Origin: Mobula hypostoma
Lineage: Eukaryota
Assembly (NCBI RefSeq): GCF_963921235.1
Contig: NC_086108.1
Coordinates: forward strand, 75,580,001-75,644,000
Direction: 5' to 3'
DNA: 64,000 nt
Under the pieces are notes generated by a model that saw nothing but the letters and a program-made list of their open reading frames with translations, had not been told where the DNA came from and made no database searches. This document shows, in pieces, positions 36,809 to 50,004 of the stretch (positions within the stretch are counted from its first letter, which is position 1; every line of letters begins with the position of its first letter). The position numbers were made by a program, and so were the translations under genes.

Positions 36809-39800
36809 AGAGGTGACCTGAAATAGGTGTACAACAAAATAAGAGGCATGGATCAAGTGGACAGCCAGAGACTTACTTCAGGGCAGAAATGTGAGGGGGC
36901 ATCATTTTAAAGTGAATGGAGGAAGGTATGGGGTGATGTCAGAGATATTTTTTTACACAGGGACTGATGAGTGTGTGGAACATGCTGTCAGGTGTAGTGG
37001 TAGAGTCAGATACATTAGGGACATTTAAGAGACTTTTAGATAGGCACATGGATGGTAGAAAAGTGGAGGGTTATGGAGGAGGAAAGGGTTATTAAGGAAA
37101 ATTAATCTTAGAGTAGGTTAAGAGATTGGCACAACACTGGGGGAGGGGTAAAGGGCCTGTAATGTGGATGTGTTATGTTCTATCTTCTTTATTGTTATAT
37201 AACAATGACAGTATTTCACAGCAATTCAAATAAACTTCAAATAAGATAATCGATCAGATAATCTACTCTTTGAATAGTGTCATGGGATCTGTCCACATGC
37301 ACCTTCCTGTCAACTTTGGTTTAATAGCAACAGATTTGCCTCCCATTTAGAAGGTCATAAGTTCAAGCTCTAGTCCAGCATAGGTAGAAACAAATTAACC
37401 ACATTTATTTGCAATCTGAAACCTTACATGCAGTAATCAGGTTATGATTTACTGCTATTGAGATGAAGCAGGTGTTGTTAAATGAGTTCGAAATGCATTC
37501 CTCTTTTGTTTTTTAATGGAAACATTACTTTTTTAAGTGTTAATGCTTCAGAAAATGTCATTTTAATGTATGAAATTATTGTCCAATAATATTGTCAATT
37601 GTGATTCCAGCACTAAAACTTCTCAAAATGTTCTCTCAAACACCATAAACAGCTGTAATGCAATGTTGTCTTGGTGTCTGGATATTGTTTAATGTCTTTC
37701 ATCAAACTTCGATAAAAGGTTACTGTGTTGCGGAAAACCTGAGGCTATGGCACTAAAAGGCAAAAGTCTATGTCAGCATAGGTCTCTGCTAATTAACAAG
37801 AAATTTTGGCAAGCTTAAAAATATACGTACTTTCATTTAAGTTACCTATATTCTTTTCTGAAAAAGAAAGACATTGGTTGTAACTAGGGGTCATAATTAT
37901 AGAAACAAAGACATATGAGGCAGCATATGTTTCCATTAATGTATATGCCTGTGGCCTCTGTGAGCATTGTGCATTTCTTTTGCAACAAGCCTAATGCAAT
38001 TTTTAATTGAAAACACTGTTGAACTCTCTTTAAATCTGAATGCTTTATTATGCTGCCTTTTTTAAATTTACAACAGTGTGGCTGAAATTCACTGACAGAT
38101 ACTTTTTATTAGGCGTTTCACAGGGACTGCCAAAAATAAATGTAGGAACTCTCCCACTCAGAACAATGGGAAACAGGCACACTACTCTGAATTTCTAAAG
38201 CTTGAGAAGGGGGCAGGGTTATAGCGGTGGTGGTGGTGATTGAAAAGCAGCTTTTGGAAACAAAGGCATACTATAACCACAATTGTTCTTATGAAAGTTT
38301 TGTGGTATAAATTGCTTCTCTTTAAAGATTTCTTTTTCAAAAGATCAAAGCCAAAAATATGTTTTTACTTATTTTTTTGATTAGGTTTGTGCTCATTTCA
38401 TGAACAACTGTAAAGAACCAAGAAAAATGGACATGCATTTTGATAAACTAAGGGAGAGAGAATTAGCACATCCAGGGCCCCGAACAGGACAAGGCCATTG
38501 GATATATTCCTGCCGTCTCTTAAATAATCCGTTCTCTATGAAACCCCTTACCTCCATGATTACTTTGTAAATTCTAAGAACTTGTTAATAATTCTCCTCC
38601 ATTCTGAGCACAAAGCAAACCCCTATTTGTAAATTAAATGATATACATGCTATAGGAAAACAAAACTGAGATTCACAAAGATATTGCCAGGACTAGAAAG
38701 TTTCAGTTATGAGAAAAAGATTAGAAAAGCTAGTGTTGTCTCCTTAAGAACAATAAGGAATGAGGAGGGATATAACCGAGTTGCTTAAAGGAGGCCTATT
38801 TCTCTTAGCAGGGTAATCAGGGTGATCAAAAGAAAACAGGCAGCAAAGTCCTGGAAGGGTATAGCTTTAGGAAATAATTTTCACCAAAAGTGATCGGAAA
38901 TTTACTGCGTGAAAGGCAGAAGCACTCATTGTATCTAAGCAGCACTTAGATATGTCGTTAAAGAGGTGACACCCTACTGGAAGATTTGGTAAGACTCTGC
39001 AGTTCCTACTCAACAGACACAATGGACCCACTGTAAATTATCTATGGTTCTATCAAGGTCTAAAAGAGACACTTCATTAAAGAACTCAATGCAGAGAAAC
39101 ACCATATAGTAAATAGCATTTTAGCTAATATAGTTAATAGCAAAGCACTCTCAAGAATGCTTGAAACATTGGATCAACCCATCAAAATTATATCAAAATC
39201 TAGGATCCTTTACTAAGGATGTAAAGTATTTTAAAATGTTACAGTGTCATTTAGTTAAGAAGGGTTTGGTGGTAGCCACTTGCATTAAGTTGACTTGCCT
39301 ACCCTTAGCCCAGTGGCAGGCTGAAATGCTCTGCGTGCGATGTTGAATATAACTATCTCTGATTTAGTCCGTCCAACATATAAAAGTAGACATTCACTTA
39401 ATCAATAACTGTGACAGCATCAGCAAAAAATATATTGAAATGAAGCAAAAGATGTTCTTTTGCCCATTGAGGGGAAATGAAAAAAGGAGAAATTCGTAAA
39501 AGGAATGAAATTTAATTAACCAATCACCTTCTGCAAGTTGACATGAATTACATTTCCTACATAATATGTTTGGTTTCTCTTTACCTAAAAGAAACAGATA
39601 AAATCTATAAACGTATAAATGCACTTTAACTCTGAGATCTCAAATTAATTGTTACACACATCGTGTGTATTTTATTATACATCTCAGCCTCAAAAGGAAT
39701 TTATCATATTACTCTGAGTAAATATGAATTAAGATAATTAATAAATGAAGACATAAGGAACACAACCCATTATTCAAATGAATTGATTCATATTCTTATT

Positions 39801-40009
39801 AAATCAATTTAAATCAGTATTAGTTGACAACTGATGGCTTAGTTTAAGACATATTGAAAGTAATTTAACTTCATAGGTCAGGGATTCTATAATTTCAGTC
39901 CAACACTTATTGTTTGAAGGTTTTTTTGAAACAGTACAGGAGTAAGAATAGCTAGTCACCATGTTATGAAATATCTGATGTGTACTGATGAATAATGGTG
40001 TAGTCATGC

Positions 40010-40260
40010 TAATACGTGACGAGTGAAAGCAACGCACTGAGTTGAGCAGGGTCTGGTTGGACCGTTTACTGTTTGAATCGGTGCACACTAAAGTAACCCG
40101 CTCCCAGCAATCCCCGCTCTTTGCGGGGTGGAAGTGACATCAGCTTCCGGGCCGAGGTCTGCCCCGCACTCAGAGCCCTTTTGGTTGCCACTGGCTGCAG
40201 GCTCGCCGGCAACTGCTGGAGCCAGTTTGCTTGCTGCGTGGGCCAGCTGCCACAATGGAT
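40010..40260. promoter_or_regulatory. CpG-rich promoter/enhancer-like element
   Basis: About 14 CpGs in 250 bp of non-repeat DNA; GGAAGTGACATCA-G-CTTCCGG (ETS/CRE-like/ETS) at 40130-40150; CCCCGC motifs. Confidence 0.5.
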
Positions 40261-40619
40261 GTATTTATTCTCACCACTATTAATTGTTGTAGATTTTCTC
40301 CAAAGCAGAATTATTGTAGTTGTCCTCTATTTGTTAGGCATTTGAGTCAGAAATTAACACCAAAATCCCTGTGAAGACTAACTTCCTAACTGACAAGGAC
40401 CTTCCACATCCTTAAACTCAGATTAGGACAATAGAAGCCATCAATCTTGGAAAAAGTCAGATCTCATCCTAGGATTTCATAGAAGGAAGCGCAGAACAGA
40501 ACAGATGAACGTGGGAAGGATTGGTTAGATAATTGGGAAGTACGTTTGTATAAAGGTTGAAAGTGCTTATATGAGATAGTGGGAAGAAGGAGGATCTAAT
40601 GTCAAAGCACATGATATTC

Positions 40620-43400
40620 ATAGAGACATAGAGTAATACAGCATAGAATCAGGCCTTGCTTGGAGTACCTTGTCAAATGCCTTGCTGCATTTGACAGTTT
40701 TGAGCCCCTTATCTTAGAAAGGATGTGCTGAAACTGGACAAGGTTCAAAGGAGCTTCACAAAAATGATTCCAGGATTGAATAGTTTGTCATATAAACAGT
40801 ACTTGATGGCTCTGGGCCTGTATTCATCGGAATTCAGAAGAATGAGGGGTGACCTAATGGAAACCTATTGAATGATGGAAGACCTTGATAGAGTGAAGAT
40901 GGAGAGGACGTTTCCTATGGTGGGAGAGTCTAAGACCAGAGGACAAACCTCAGAATAGAGGACATTCCTTTTAGAATGGAGATGAGGAGGAACTTCTTTA
41001 GCCATAGAGTGATGAATCTGTGGAATTTGCTGCCACAGGCAGCTGTGGAGGCCAAGTAACTGGATATTCAAGGCAGAGGCTGATAGATTCTTGATTGGTC
41101 AGGGTACAAAGAGATACGGAGGAAGGCAGGAGATCAGGGTTAAGAGAAAAAATGGATCAGCCATGATGAAATGGCAGAGCAGACTCAATGGGCCAAATGG
41201 CCTAATTCTGCTCCTATATCTTTATGGTCTTATGGTCTTTATTTCATGTGACCTAAACTTCCAGATCAGCCTGCTATTTGGGACCTTGGCAAAAGCCATG
41301 AAGACAACATCCACCGTCCTACCTTCATCAATCTCCTTAGTTATCCCCTCAATTTTAAAAGATTCAGCAGACTTGACCTCCCATGAACAAAATCACACTA
41401 ATTATTCCTGATCCGGTCTTGACTATGCAAATGATAGTAGAACTTGTCACTCCAGTATCTTCCCTACAACTGAAGTCAGACTTACTGGCCTGTAGTTCCC
41501 AGGCCTGTCCTTGCTACATCCCATAAATAATGGAACAACATTAGCCACCCTCCAGGTTTCTGGAACTTCACCAGTGGCTAATGACAAAGTAAGGGGTAAG
41601 AAGTATAGATCAAGTGGACAGCCAGAAGTGAAATGGCTTCCACAAGAAGGCATAATTTTTGAGGTGATTGGAAGAAAGTATAGGAGGGATATCAAAGGTA
41701 AGTTTTTTTTTACAAAGAGTGGTGGGTGTGTGGAACACACTGCCAGGGGTAGTGGTAATATATTTGGGACATTTAAGAAACTCTTGGATTGGCACATGGA
41801 TGACAGAAAAATGGAGGTCCATATGGAAGGGAAGGATTAGATCAATCTTAGAGTGGGTTGAAAGGTTGGCACAATATCATGGACCGAAGGGCTGTATGCT
41901 ACTGCAATATTTGATGTTCTATGTTCTAACTACCTCTACAAGGGGCTCTGCCATTTCATCCCTGGCCACCCTTAAAGTCCAGGGGTACACTCAGTCAGGT
42001 CCTGGGGATTTACCCACTTTAATGTCCTTCAATTCTGAAATGACTTTTCTCTTGTAACATACATATGATCCATATACATATGCTTATTACCATAATTTCT
42101 TTAACATGATATTTTCCTTTGTAAACACCCAGGAAAAACAGACATTAAAAATCTCAGTCATCTCCTGCGCCTCAGACGGTTGAGGAAGTTTGGTATGAGT
42201 CCCCAGATCCTAAGGACTTTCTACAAGGGCACAATTGAGAGCATCTTGACTGGCTGCATCACTGCCTGGTATGGGAACTGTACTTCCCTCAATCGCAGGA
42301 CTCTTCAGAGAGTGATACGGACAGCTCAGTGCATCTGAAGATGTGAACTTCCCACTTTTCAGGACATTTACAAAGACAGGTGTGTAAAAAGGGCCCGAAG
42401 GATCATTGGGGACCCAAGTCATCCCAACCACAAACTGTCCCAGCAGCTATCATCTGGGAAACGGTACCACAGCATAAAAGCCAGGACCAACAGGCTCTGG
42501 GACAGCTTCTTCCACCAGGCCATCAGACTGGTTAATTCATGCTGATCCAGTTTGTATTTCTATATTATATTGACTATCCTGTTGTACATACTAATTATTA
42601 CAAATTTCTATAAATTGCACATTGCACATTTAGACAGAGATCTGATGTAAAGATTTTTACTCCTCATGTATGTGAAGGATGTAAGTAATAAAGTCAATTC
42701 AATATGCAGCCCTGATGGTCTTTAAGAGACCTCGTCTCTCCCTAGTTACCGTTTTACTGTTAACTGAAGAAACTCCTGGGATTATCTTTAACCCTTCCTG
42801 CCAAATCTATCTCATCCCCTCTTTCTGACCTCCTGATTTCCCCCTTAAGCCTGGTCTTAAATTTTTTATATCCGTTGAGGGATTTATTTGTACCCAGCTG
42901 CCTAAACATGATGACGCTCTGTTCTTTTTCCTTACCAGAACCTTGATATCTCTTGTCATCCAGGATTATCTGAACTTGGTATGTCTACCCTTCATTCTAA
43001 TGGAAACATGCTGCTGCTGGGATCTTGATGTGGCCTTTTAATAGTCTCCCACTCACTAAATGGTCCTCTGCCTTTAAGCAGAGTCTCCCAGTTAACCCCA
43101 GCTAGATCCTCCCTAATGCTCTCAAAGTTGGCCCTACTCCAGTTCAGAACTTTAACCTGTGGACCTGTTGTACTTCTTTCTATAACCACTCTAAAACTAA
43201 TAAATTGTGACCATAGGACATAAAGAGCGTCCCAACTGCACCTCTGGGTGCCCCAGTCAATACCAAGAAAATGGAAATGTCCCACTGGTACTACTGCATT
43301 CTTCTCACAACTATGTGCAAATTCTTGACACATTTTCTCCTCAAGTTCCCTCTGACTATTGGGTGGTCTACATTATAGGCCTATCAAGGTGACCATTCCC
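40620..43400. mobile_element. Nest: old minus-strand CR1 containing plus-strand CR1 3' ends (~40690-41240, ~41600-41930) and a Rex1 piece (~42160-42700)
   Basis: Minus WRVANVVPLF..NYRPVSLTSVVGKILE; plus CR1 tails; LRRLRKFGMSPQILRTFYKGTIESILTGCITAWYG. Confidence 0.72.
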
Positions 43401-44019
43401 GGCCCTGTAGTCTGTGTATTTTGGACCTCCGCACTCACATGGGGAAATAATCAGACAATGTGACAGTAAAATAAAGGATCACGAAGGTCTTGACAGGATG
43501 GATGCGGTGAGGATTTCCTCGTGTTGAAGAACCTGAAGCTAGGAGTCATACACTTAAGCTAGAAATCATGCATTTTTTTTTAGACACGGGGGGTCTCTGA
43601 GTCTCTTCTGTAAAAGGCAGCTGAAGCAGGATGTTTGAATACTTTTAAGGCAGAGGAAGGTGAAAAGTAAAGGTTAAATGTTATCTCACTTAGACAGGAA
43701 TGTGGAATTGAGGTTACAGTCAGGTGAGTCATAATCTTATTAAATGTTAGAGCAGACTCAAAGGGATGAGTGCCATATTCCTGCTTCTAATTCACATGAA
43801 AATTTGCCGGAGAGAATACAGACTACTGTGGTATTGTGCAAAGCACTGGGAGCCAGTGTTTTTACTAGAATCAGAAACCAAACAAGGTACTAAAATATCA
43901 AAAATAAAGCCAGGTCTAGCACTACATCATGAATGACAATTAAATGTTTTGGAATCTAAAGTTTCCAGAGGCATGGGGAAGAAAGCAAATGTGTTCAGAA
44001 ATGTTAACCACACACAATG

Positions 44020-44620
44020 CAGAAAGTTTCAGTGGCATGGCAAGGGTAAAATCTATTTGGATTCCACTGAAGTGGTGAAGAATGTGGCTGGCATGTTTGC
44101 CTTCATCGGTAGAGACGGTGAGTGTAAATTTGGTATTATATGTGATTAAGATAGAGGGGTTGCAGAAAAGGATCACGAAAATATTACCTGGACTGGACGG
44201 CTAGAGTAGTTAGATAGATTGAATAGTCTGGGACTTCTTTTCTGGAGCGAAGGAAGCCTAGCAGTGACTTAATGGAGAGTTATTAAATTATGAGGAGCAT
44301 AGATAGGACAGATAATCAGAGTCTTTTTCCCAGAACTAGATTGTCTACAACTGGAGTACATTAGTTTAAGGTGAGAGGAGAAATACTTAAAGGACATCTG
44401 AGGAGCTTTTTTTTTTACAGAGAAGGAGTTGGGTAAATGGAATGAGAAGCCAGAGGAGCTGTGGGAGGCAAAGTTTAAAAGACATTTGGACCGGTGCATG
44501 GATATGAAAGGTTTAGAGGGATTTGGGTGAAATGCAAGCAAATGGGATTAGCTTAGAATCCTTAGACACCTTGGCCAGTGTGGTTGAGTTGGGCTGAACG
44601 ACTTGTTCTATTACTCCATG
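44020..44620 (+). mobile_element. Degenerate CR1 3' fragment
   Basis: GMFAFIGR motif and CR1-like 3' UTR. Confidence 0.6.
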
Positions 44621-44808
44621 AATTTATAAGTCATAGAAAAAAAAATTTAGACAATGATTATAATCAGCAGCTGGTCAATATCACGTGTTGTACATTACTG
44701 CCAAAATAAAATTTTCACTTAATATCACTGAAAAGAGTATGAAGCTTATAGGGGAAGCTGTCCAAACCGAACCTTTGTTAATTGAGCTAAAGAAAGGATA
44801 GATATTAA

Positions 44809-44999
44809 TCGCAACACACAAATGCTGGAGGAACCCAGCAGATCAGGCAACATCTATGGAGGGGAAAACACAATTGACTTTTCGGGCCGAGACCTTTCGT
44901 CAGGGATAGTCCTAGTGAAGTGCCTCGGCCCAAAACATCAACAAGTATTTTGTCTGTGTTGCTCGGGATTTCAAGCATCTGCAGAATCTCTTGTGTTTA
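44809..44999. mobile_element. Fold-back Penelope pLTR pair with two opposed degenerate hammerheads
   Basis: Minus copy ~44871-44905 and plus copy ~44908-44943; TSD ATATTAA (44802-44808, 45000-45006). Confidence 0.7.
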
Positions 45000-45899
45000 A
45001 TATTAACAATAATGCTAGGAAAGTGTAAAAAGAACTTAAAGGATGTAATATATAAACAAAATAGAACATTTAAAACAGTTAAAAATAATTAAAATATTAA
45101 AGCAAACCAGGTTAATTCAAACCTTACCTTACAGACATTTTTCTTCCTTTAAACAAATAGACTCACTTTCCTTGCACCAGGTCTACCATGACACAGATCC
45201 AATGGGCAGTGTAACAGCTGGAGAATTGCAGAAGGTGTATGCACCATGGAGAACGAGAAGGCAAGTGGGTGAAGTTCAATGCCAAAGTACAACCGGCGAA
45301 GTCCCAGCACATAGCAGTCTAATGGTTTAGTACTTTCACATTCAAATGGAATCTTAAACTTACTGGTCTTCATGCTAAAAAATGACTGTATGGAAGTGCT
45401 GGCACTCCCAGCATGTTCTGGCCTATAACTCCACCAATGCTTGTTCTGTCCTACACCATAGCTTTCCAAATTTAAATCACTGGAGTGAAACTTAAACTCA
45501 AAATGTTCAGATCAGCTAGCACCCACAGCTGATACGTCTAGAGCCAAATGCAGCCCAAAAATTATAGAATACGTTCTTCTAGCTGATCTTTCAGACTGAA
45601 ATGGAATTCAACATTTTTGGCATTTCTGTTGATACTTCATTGTGCTGAGATTCAAAGTAAGTGCTGAGAAAGCATTTTTTAGGGAATTAACGGAAGTCCT
45701 ATGAAAACATATTTAATTCCTATGTTATCATAAGTTTTCGAAAATGATGATAGAGTCAGAACATTAGGCTTTACATCTGTCTCTAACAGGCTTATAGAGA
45801 AGCTAGTTTATTGATCAAAGCATTTTTATTTTAATGTCTTATATTTCTTCCTTCAGAGATGTTACTGAAAACTATGAGCTAAAAACTGCAAGCGCATGG

Positions 45900-47030
45900 A
45901 GGTCCGCCAGTGAGAACAGCAGGAAGAGTTTAAAAAGAAGACAGATTTATACAGCTGGCATCAGAGAAGCAGGCATCCAAGTAGAGGGAGACAGAGTAGG
46001 AAGGCTTTGGCTCAACGGGGGCTTTGGCAATAAAGGGTCGAGGCAAGGTAGGTTATCTGTGTAGAATACAGACAGAAAATATGTGTGTGAAGCCGGTTTT
46101 CTGTTCTCAGTGTCAAATGTAGGAGGTCCTGAAAACTCCCAGCCTTCCGGATGGTCACATCTGCACCAGGCGCGTCGAGCTGCAGCTCCTTAGGGATCAC
46201 GTTAGGGAACTGGAGATGCAGCTCGATGACCTTCATCTGGTCAGGGAGAGTGAGGAGGTGATAGAGTGTTACTATAAGCAGGTTGTCACTCCGGGGCCCG
46301 GGGAGACAGATAAGTGGGTAACAGTCAGGAGAGGGAAGGGCAGGAGGCAGATGCTAGAGAGTACCCCAATGGCTGTCCCCCTTCACAATAAGTACTCCTG
46401 TTTGAGTACTCTTGAGGGAGATGGCCTCACTGGGGGAAGCAACAGTGGTCATGCCTCTGGCACAGAGTCTGGGCCTGGGGCTCAGAAGGGTAGGGAAAGG
46501 AAGAGGATGGCAGCAGTGATAGGGAGTCAGACAGGCGATTCTGTAGATGCAGGAAAGAAACACAGATGGTAGTTTGCCTCCCAGGTGCCAGGGTACAGGA
46601 TGTTTCTGATCACGTCCACGATATCTTGAAGTGGGAAGGAGAACAGCCAGAGGTCATGGTACATATTGGAGGATGAGAGGTGACCTGATAGAGGTGTACA
46701 AGATAATGAGAGGCATTGATGGTGTGGATCGTCAGAGGCTTTTTCCCAGGGCTGAAATGGCTAGCACAAGAGGGCATATTTTTAAGGTGCATTGAGGTAG
46801 GTACAGAGGAGATGTCAGGGGTCAGTTTTTTACACAGAGTGGTGAGTGGCTGCGGGTGGCGGTGGTGGAGATGGAAATGAAAGAGACTCCTGGATAGGTA
46901 CATGAAGCTTAAAAAATAGAGGGCTATGGGTAAGCCTAGGTAATTTCTGAGATAAGGATACTGTATGTTCGGCACAGCTTTGTGGGCTGAAGGGCCTGTA
47001 TTGTGCTGTAGGTTTTCTATGTTTCTACTT
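45900..47030 (+). mobile_element. CR1 5' UTR/ORF1 (zinc finger, leucine zipper, esterase start) joined to a CR1 3' end
   Basis: VFCSQCQ..HICTRRVELQLLRDHVRELEMQLDDL; MVVCLPGARVQDV; abrupt switch at ~46670 to MRGDLIEVYKIM and tail. Confidence 0.75.
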
Positions 47031-47049
47031 TAGTACTGAATGATAAAAG

Positions 47050-48985
47050 TATCTGTGGAGGTTAAAGAAGACTGAATTTTAATATGGAACCTCCAAGTAA
47101 CATTGGTGATATTGCCTCATCAATCAGTATATTTTTCAGACAGCCATCTTATTCTTCACATTCTCAATGCCAATTATTAACCAAATAGACTAACAGAGTG
47201 CCATTGATTGTGCTGATCCCATTAAGAACCATCTCAATGAGTGTGATTGGAAATCATATAACACCCAGCCACCATATGCAGTAAATACCTTGAACTTAAC
47301 CCCCAACTAATAAGGGCAATACAGCTTTGTAACAACTCTATCAACTTGTGTGTCAACCTGTATTATCAGCAGATAATCAGAATTTTTAAGGGATCAATCT
47401 ATCTTGAACATTTCTAAAACAACATGATTAAATCAAAATGATATGAAAGTCAGGAGGTATTACATCCAGAGAAACTTGGCTATGTGGATACAGAATTGGC
47501 TTGCCCGAAGAAAGCAGAGGGTGGTTGTAGGTGGAGCATATTCTGCCTGGAGATTGTTGAGCAGTGGCGTTTCACTGGAATCTGGTCTGGGACCTCTGCT
47601 CTTTATATGACTTGGATGGGGAAGGGGAAGTGGAAATGTGGGTTAGCAAGTTTACAGATGACACTGAGGTTGGTGGAGTTGTGGATAGTGTAGAAGGTTG
47701 TCATAGGTTACAAAGGGGTATTGATAGGATATGGAGCTAGGCTGAGAAGTGGTAGATTGAGCTCACCCAGAAAAGTGTGAAGTGATTTAATTTAAATGGT
47801 CAAATTTGAAGGAAGAATATAGGGTTAATGGCAGGATTCCTAGCTGTGTGGAGGAACAGAAGGATCTTGGGGTCCATGTCAATAGATCTCTTAAAGCTGA
47901 CACACAAGTTGATAAAGTTGTTAAGAATATGTATTGCCCTTATTAGTTGGGGGTTAAGTTCAAGAACTGTGAGATAATGTTGCAGTTTCATAAAACCCTG
48001 GTTAGACCACAATTCATATATATTGTGTTCAATTCTGTTGGCTCATTGTGGGAGCTTTAGAGAGGGTGCAGAGCAGATTTACCAGGATGCTGCCTGGATT
48101 AGAGGGTATTCTTATGAGGATAGGTTGAGCACTACAGAACACTACAGAACCATAGAACACTATAGCACAGAAAACAGGCTGGGGCTTTTCTCTTTGGAGT
48201 GAAGTATGATGAGAGGTGATTTGATTGAAGTGTATAAGATGATAAAATGCATAGACTGAGCAGATAACCAGAGACTTATTCCCAGGGAAAAAATGGCTGA
48301 TGCAAGGAGGCACAATTTTAAAGTGATTGGAGGAGAGTGTGGGGGGTGTGGTGGTTGTCATAGGTAAGTTCTTTACTCAGAGGGTGGTGGGTGTGTGGAA
48401 CGCACTGTCAGTGATGGTGGTAGAGGCATTTTAAAAGGTCTTAGGCATATGGATGATACAAGAATGGAGATCTATGAAGGAAGGGTTAAATTTGCTCAGA
48501 ATAGGTTAAAAGGTCAGCACAACATCATGGGCTGAAGGGCCACAATTGTGCTGTGATGTTCTATGTAAATCTGCTACCTTTTATTCATACAGCCTGATTT
48601 TTGCTCTCTGGGGAAGCTAATAAAAAATGAAAAGCAGAGAAAATTATACAGGCAACCAGTCCGATCAGTCTCCCTCTGTATACATCAGGTTAAAACTACC
48701 ATCCTTGCTTAAAATGTCTTGATAGATTTGGTGGAACCCAGTCGCACAGCGCAGCAAGGGTATAAGAATAATTGTGGCCAGCTGTATGCTGCATTACAAT
48801 GCAAATCGGGAGGGTTTAGTCCTTCCAGATGTAGAGCAGAATGATGAAGAGGAAGAAGGAACAGGCCCACCATTTCTGGATAATGATGTGGTTACCCAGG
48901 AGGGAGATGAGGTGTTTCACAAAAGAAAAGTGCCTGCAGCTAAAGAGAGATTCTAGGAAATTATTACCAACTGCTTTCAATAAAG
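47050..48985 (+). pseudogene. PIF/Harbinger transposase fossil split by a CR1
   Basis: QSAIDC at 47194 (cf. GAIDCTH); KCLDRFGG..IIVASCMLHYNA plus acidic tail at 48712-48980 (cf. RCLDRSGG..IIVACCxLHN). Confidence 0.6.
47450..48570 (+). mobile_element. Degenerate CR1 3' portion
   Basis: SKFTDDTEVGG, MRGDLIEVYKM, GTTCTATG tail. Confidence 0.75.
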
Positions 48986-49427
48986 CTAACTCATGTAAAA
49001 TAGTTAAGCTTATGGCCCTCTGGGTAAGGCCATTGCATTGGAGAGTTAAGAACACTTCTCGCAAACTTTTAGACAGTGTCCCTTTCAGGAGTAGCAAGTT
49101 CCTCAATGCACAACCAGAAGCAACAGATGTCTTTAAACTCCTGCAGTTGGGTGAAATAATAGTCATTGTTTCGTCAGAACTTACCCTGATAAATAGAAGC
49201 AATGAGGAGGGAGTGGAGGGGGGTGAGGAGTGCAATTTATCTCAGTGAAGCTGATCTTCCATAGGGACCTGCTTCTGAATGGATCACTTTGCACTAGAAG
49301 GTGTTGCCAGGTTGTTCAAAAACCACTAACCTTAGAGTTACATTTCATAGCAGAACTCTGAAACATGAACACAAGCTTACCTCAGCCATTAGTCCTCCAA
49401 GACCTATAATACCAAAGATCCTCGCAA

Positions 49428-49727
49428 CTGTGTTGGCACGTGGCCAAGTGGTTAAGGTGTCTGTCTAGTGATCTGAAGGTCACTAGTTCGAGCCTCAGCT
49501 GAGGCAGCGTGTTGTATCCTTGAGCAAGGCACTTAACCACACATTGCTCTGCAACGACACCAGTGCCAAGCTGTATTCCCTTGGACAGCATCGGTGGCAT
49601 GGAGAGGGGAGACTTGCAGCATGGGCAACTGCCAGTCTTCCATACAACCTTGCCCAGGCCTGCGCCCTGGAAACCTTCCAAGGCGCAAATTCATGGTCTC
49701 ATGAGACTAATAGATGCCTATATATAA
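49428..49727 (+). mobile_element. tRNA-derived SINE (same head as 14103-14411, different body)
   Basis: A box TGGCCAAGTGG, B box AGTTCGAGCC, TCCTTGAGCAAGGCACTTAACCACAC, (TA)n tail. Confidence 0.85.
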
Positions 49728-50004
49728 AGCATCTCAACTAAAGGTTTGATTTCCTTTGCTCTCCAGGAGTCCTGTATGTCGATAGATTCTTCCAATCCTT
49801 CACCATTTAAACCAATCTCCATCTCAGGACTGAGATTTTTTAAAATCCTTTTTTTGTTTAAAACCTTACAGAAAAGGCAGCTGAGATCAGATACCCTGGA
49901 CTTCAGACAGTCTGTTCCCCTATCCTCCAAATAGCAGTGGGCATAGTTATTAACCCCACCTTCCCCTTTCACTCTTCCTCTTTCACTCTTCCTCACCAGA
50001 TTTA

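Larger units (their letters stand above)
34540..37170 (+). mobile_element. Degenerate CR1 3' portion split by Penelope and Nimb insertions
   Basis: FTDGTKVGG at ~34545; CR1 sequence resumes at ~35880 and ~36810; CR1-type tail at ~37160. Confidence 0.7.

Noticed and set aside
45181..45260. Plus-strand exon-like segment CAG|...GCACCATGGAGAACGAGAAG|GCAAGT (MENEK, reminiscent of the E2F8 N-terminus)
   Set aside because: Only five residues and a non-canonical GC donor; no downstream E2F8-like exon (WTPTANLK) seen in the window
45149..45469. 106-aa minus ORF ending near a GTGAGT donor
   Set aside because: No recognisable protein similarity and no convincing acceptor
49434..49506. tRNA gene
   Set aside because: The tRNA-like head continues into a SINE body with no T-run terminator; the same applies to 14335-14406
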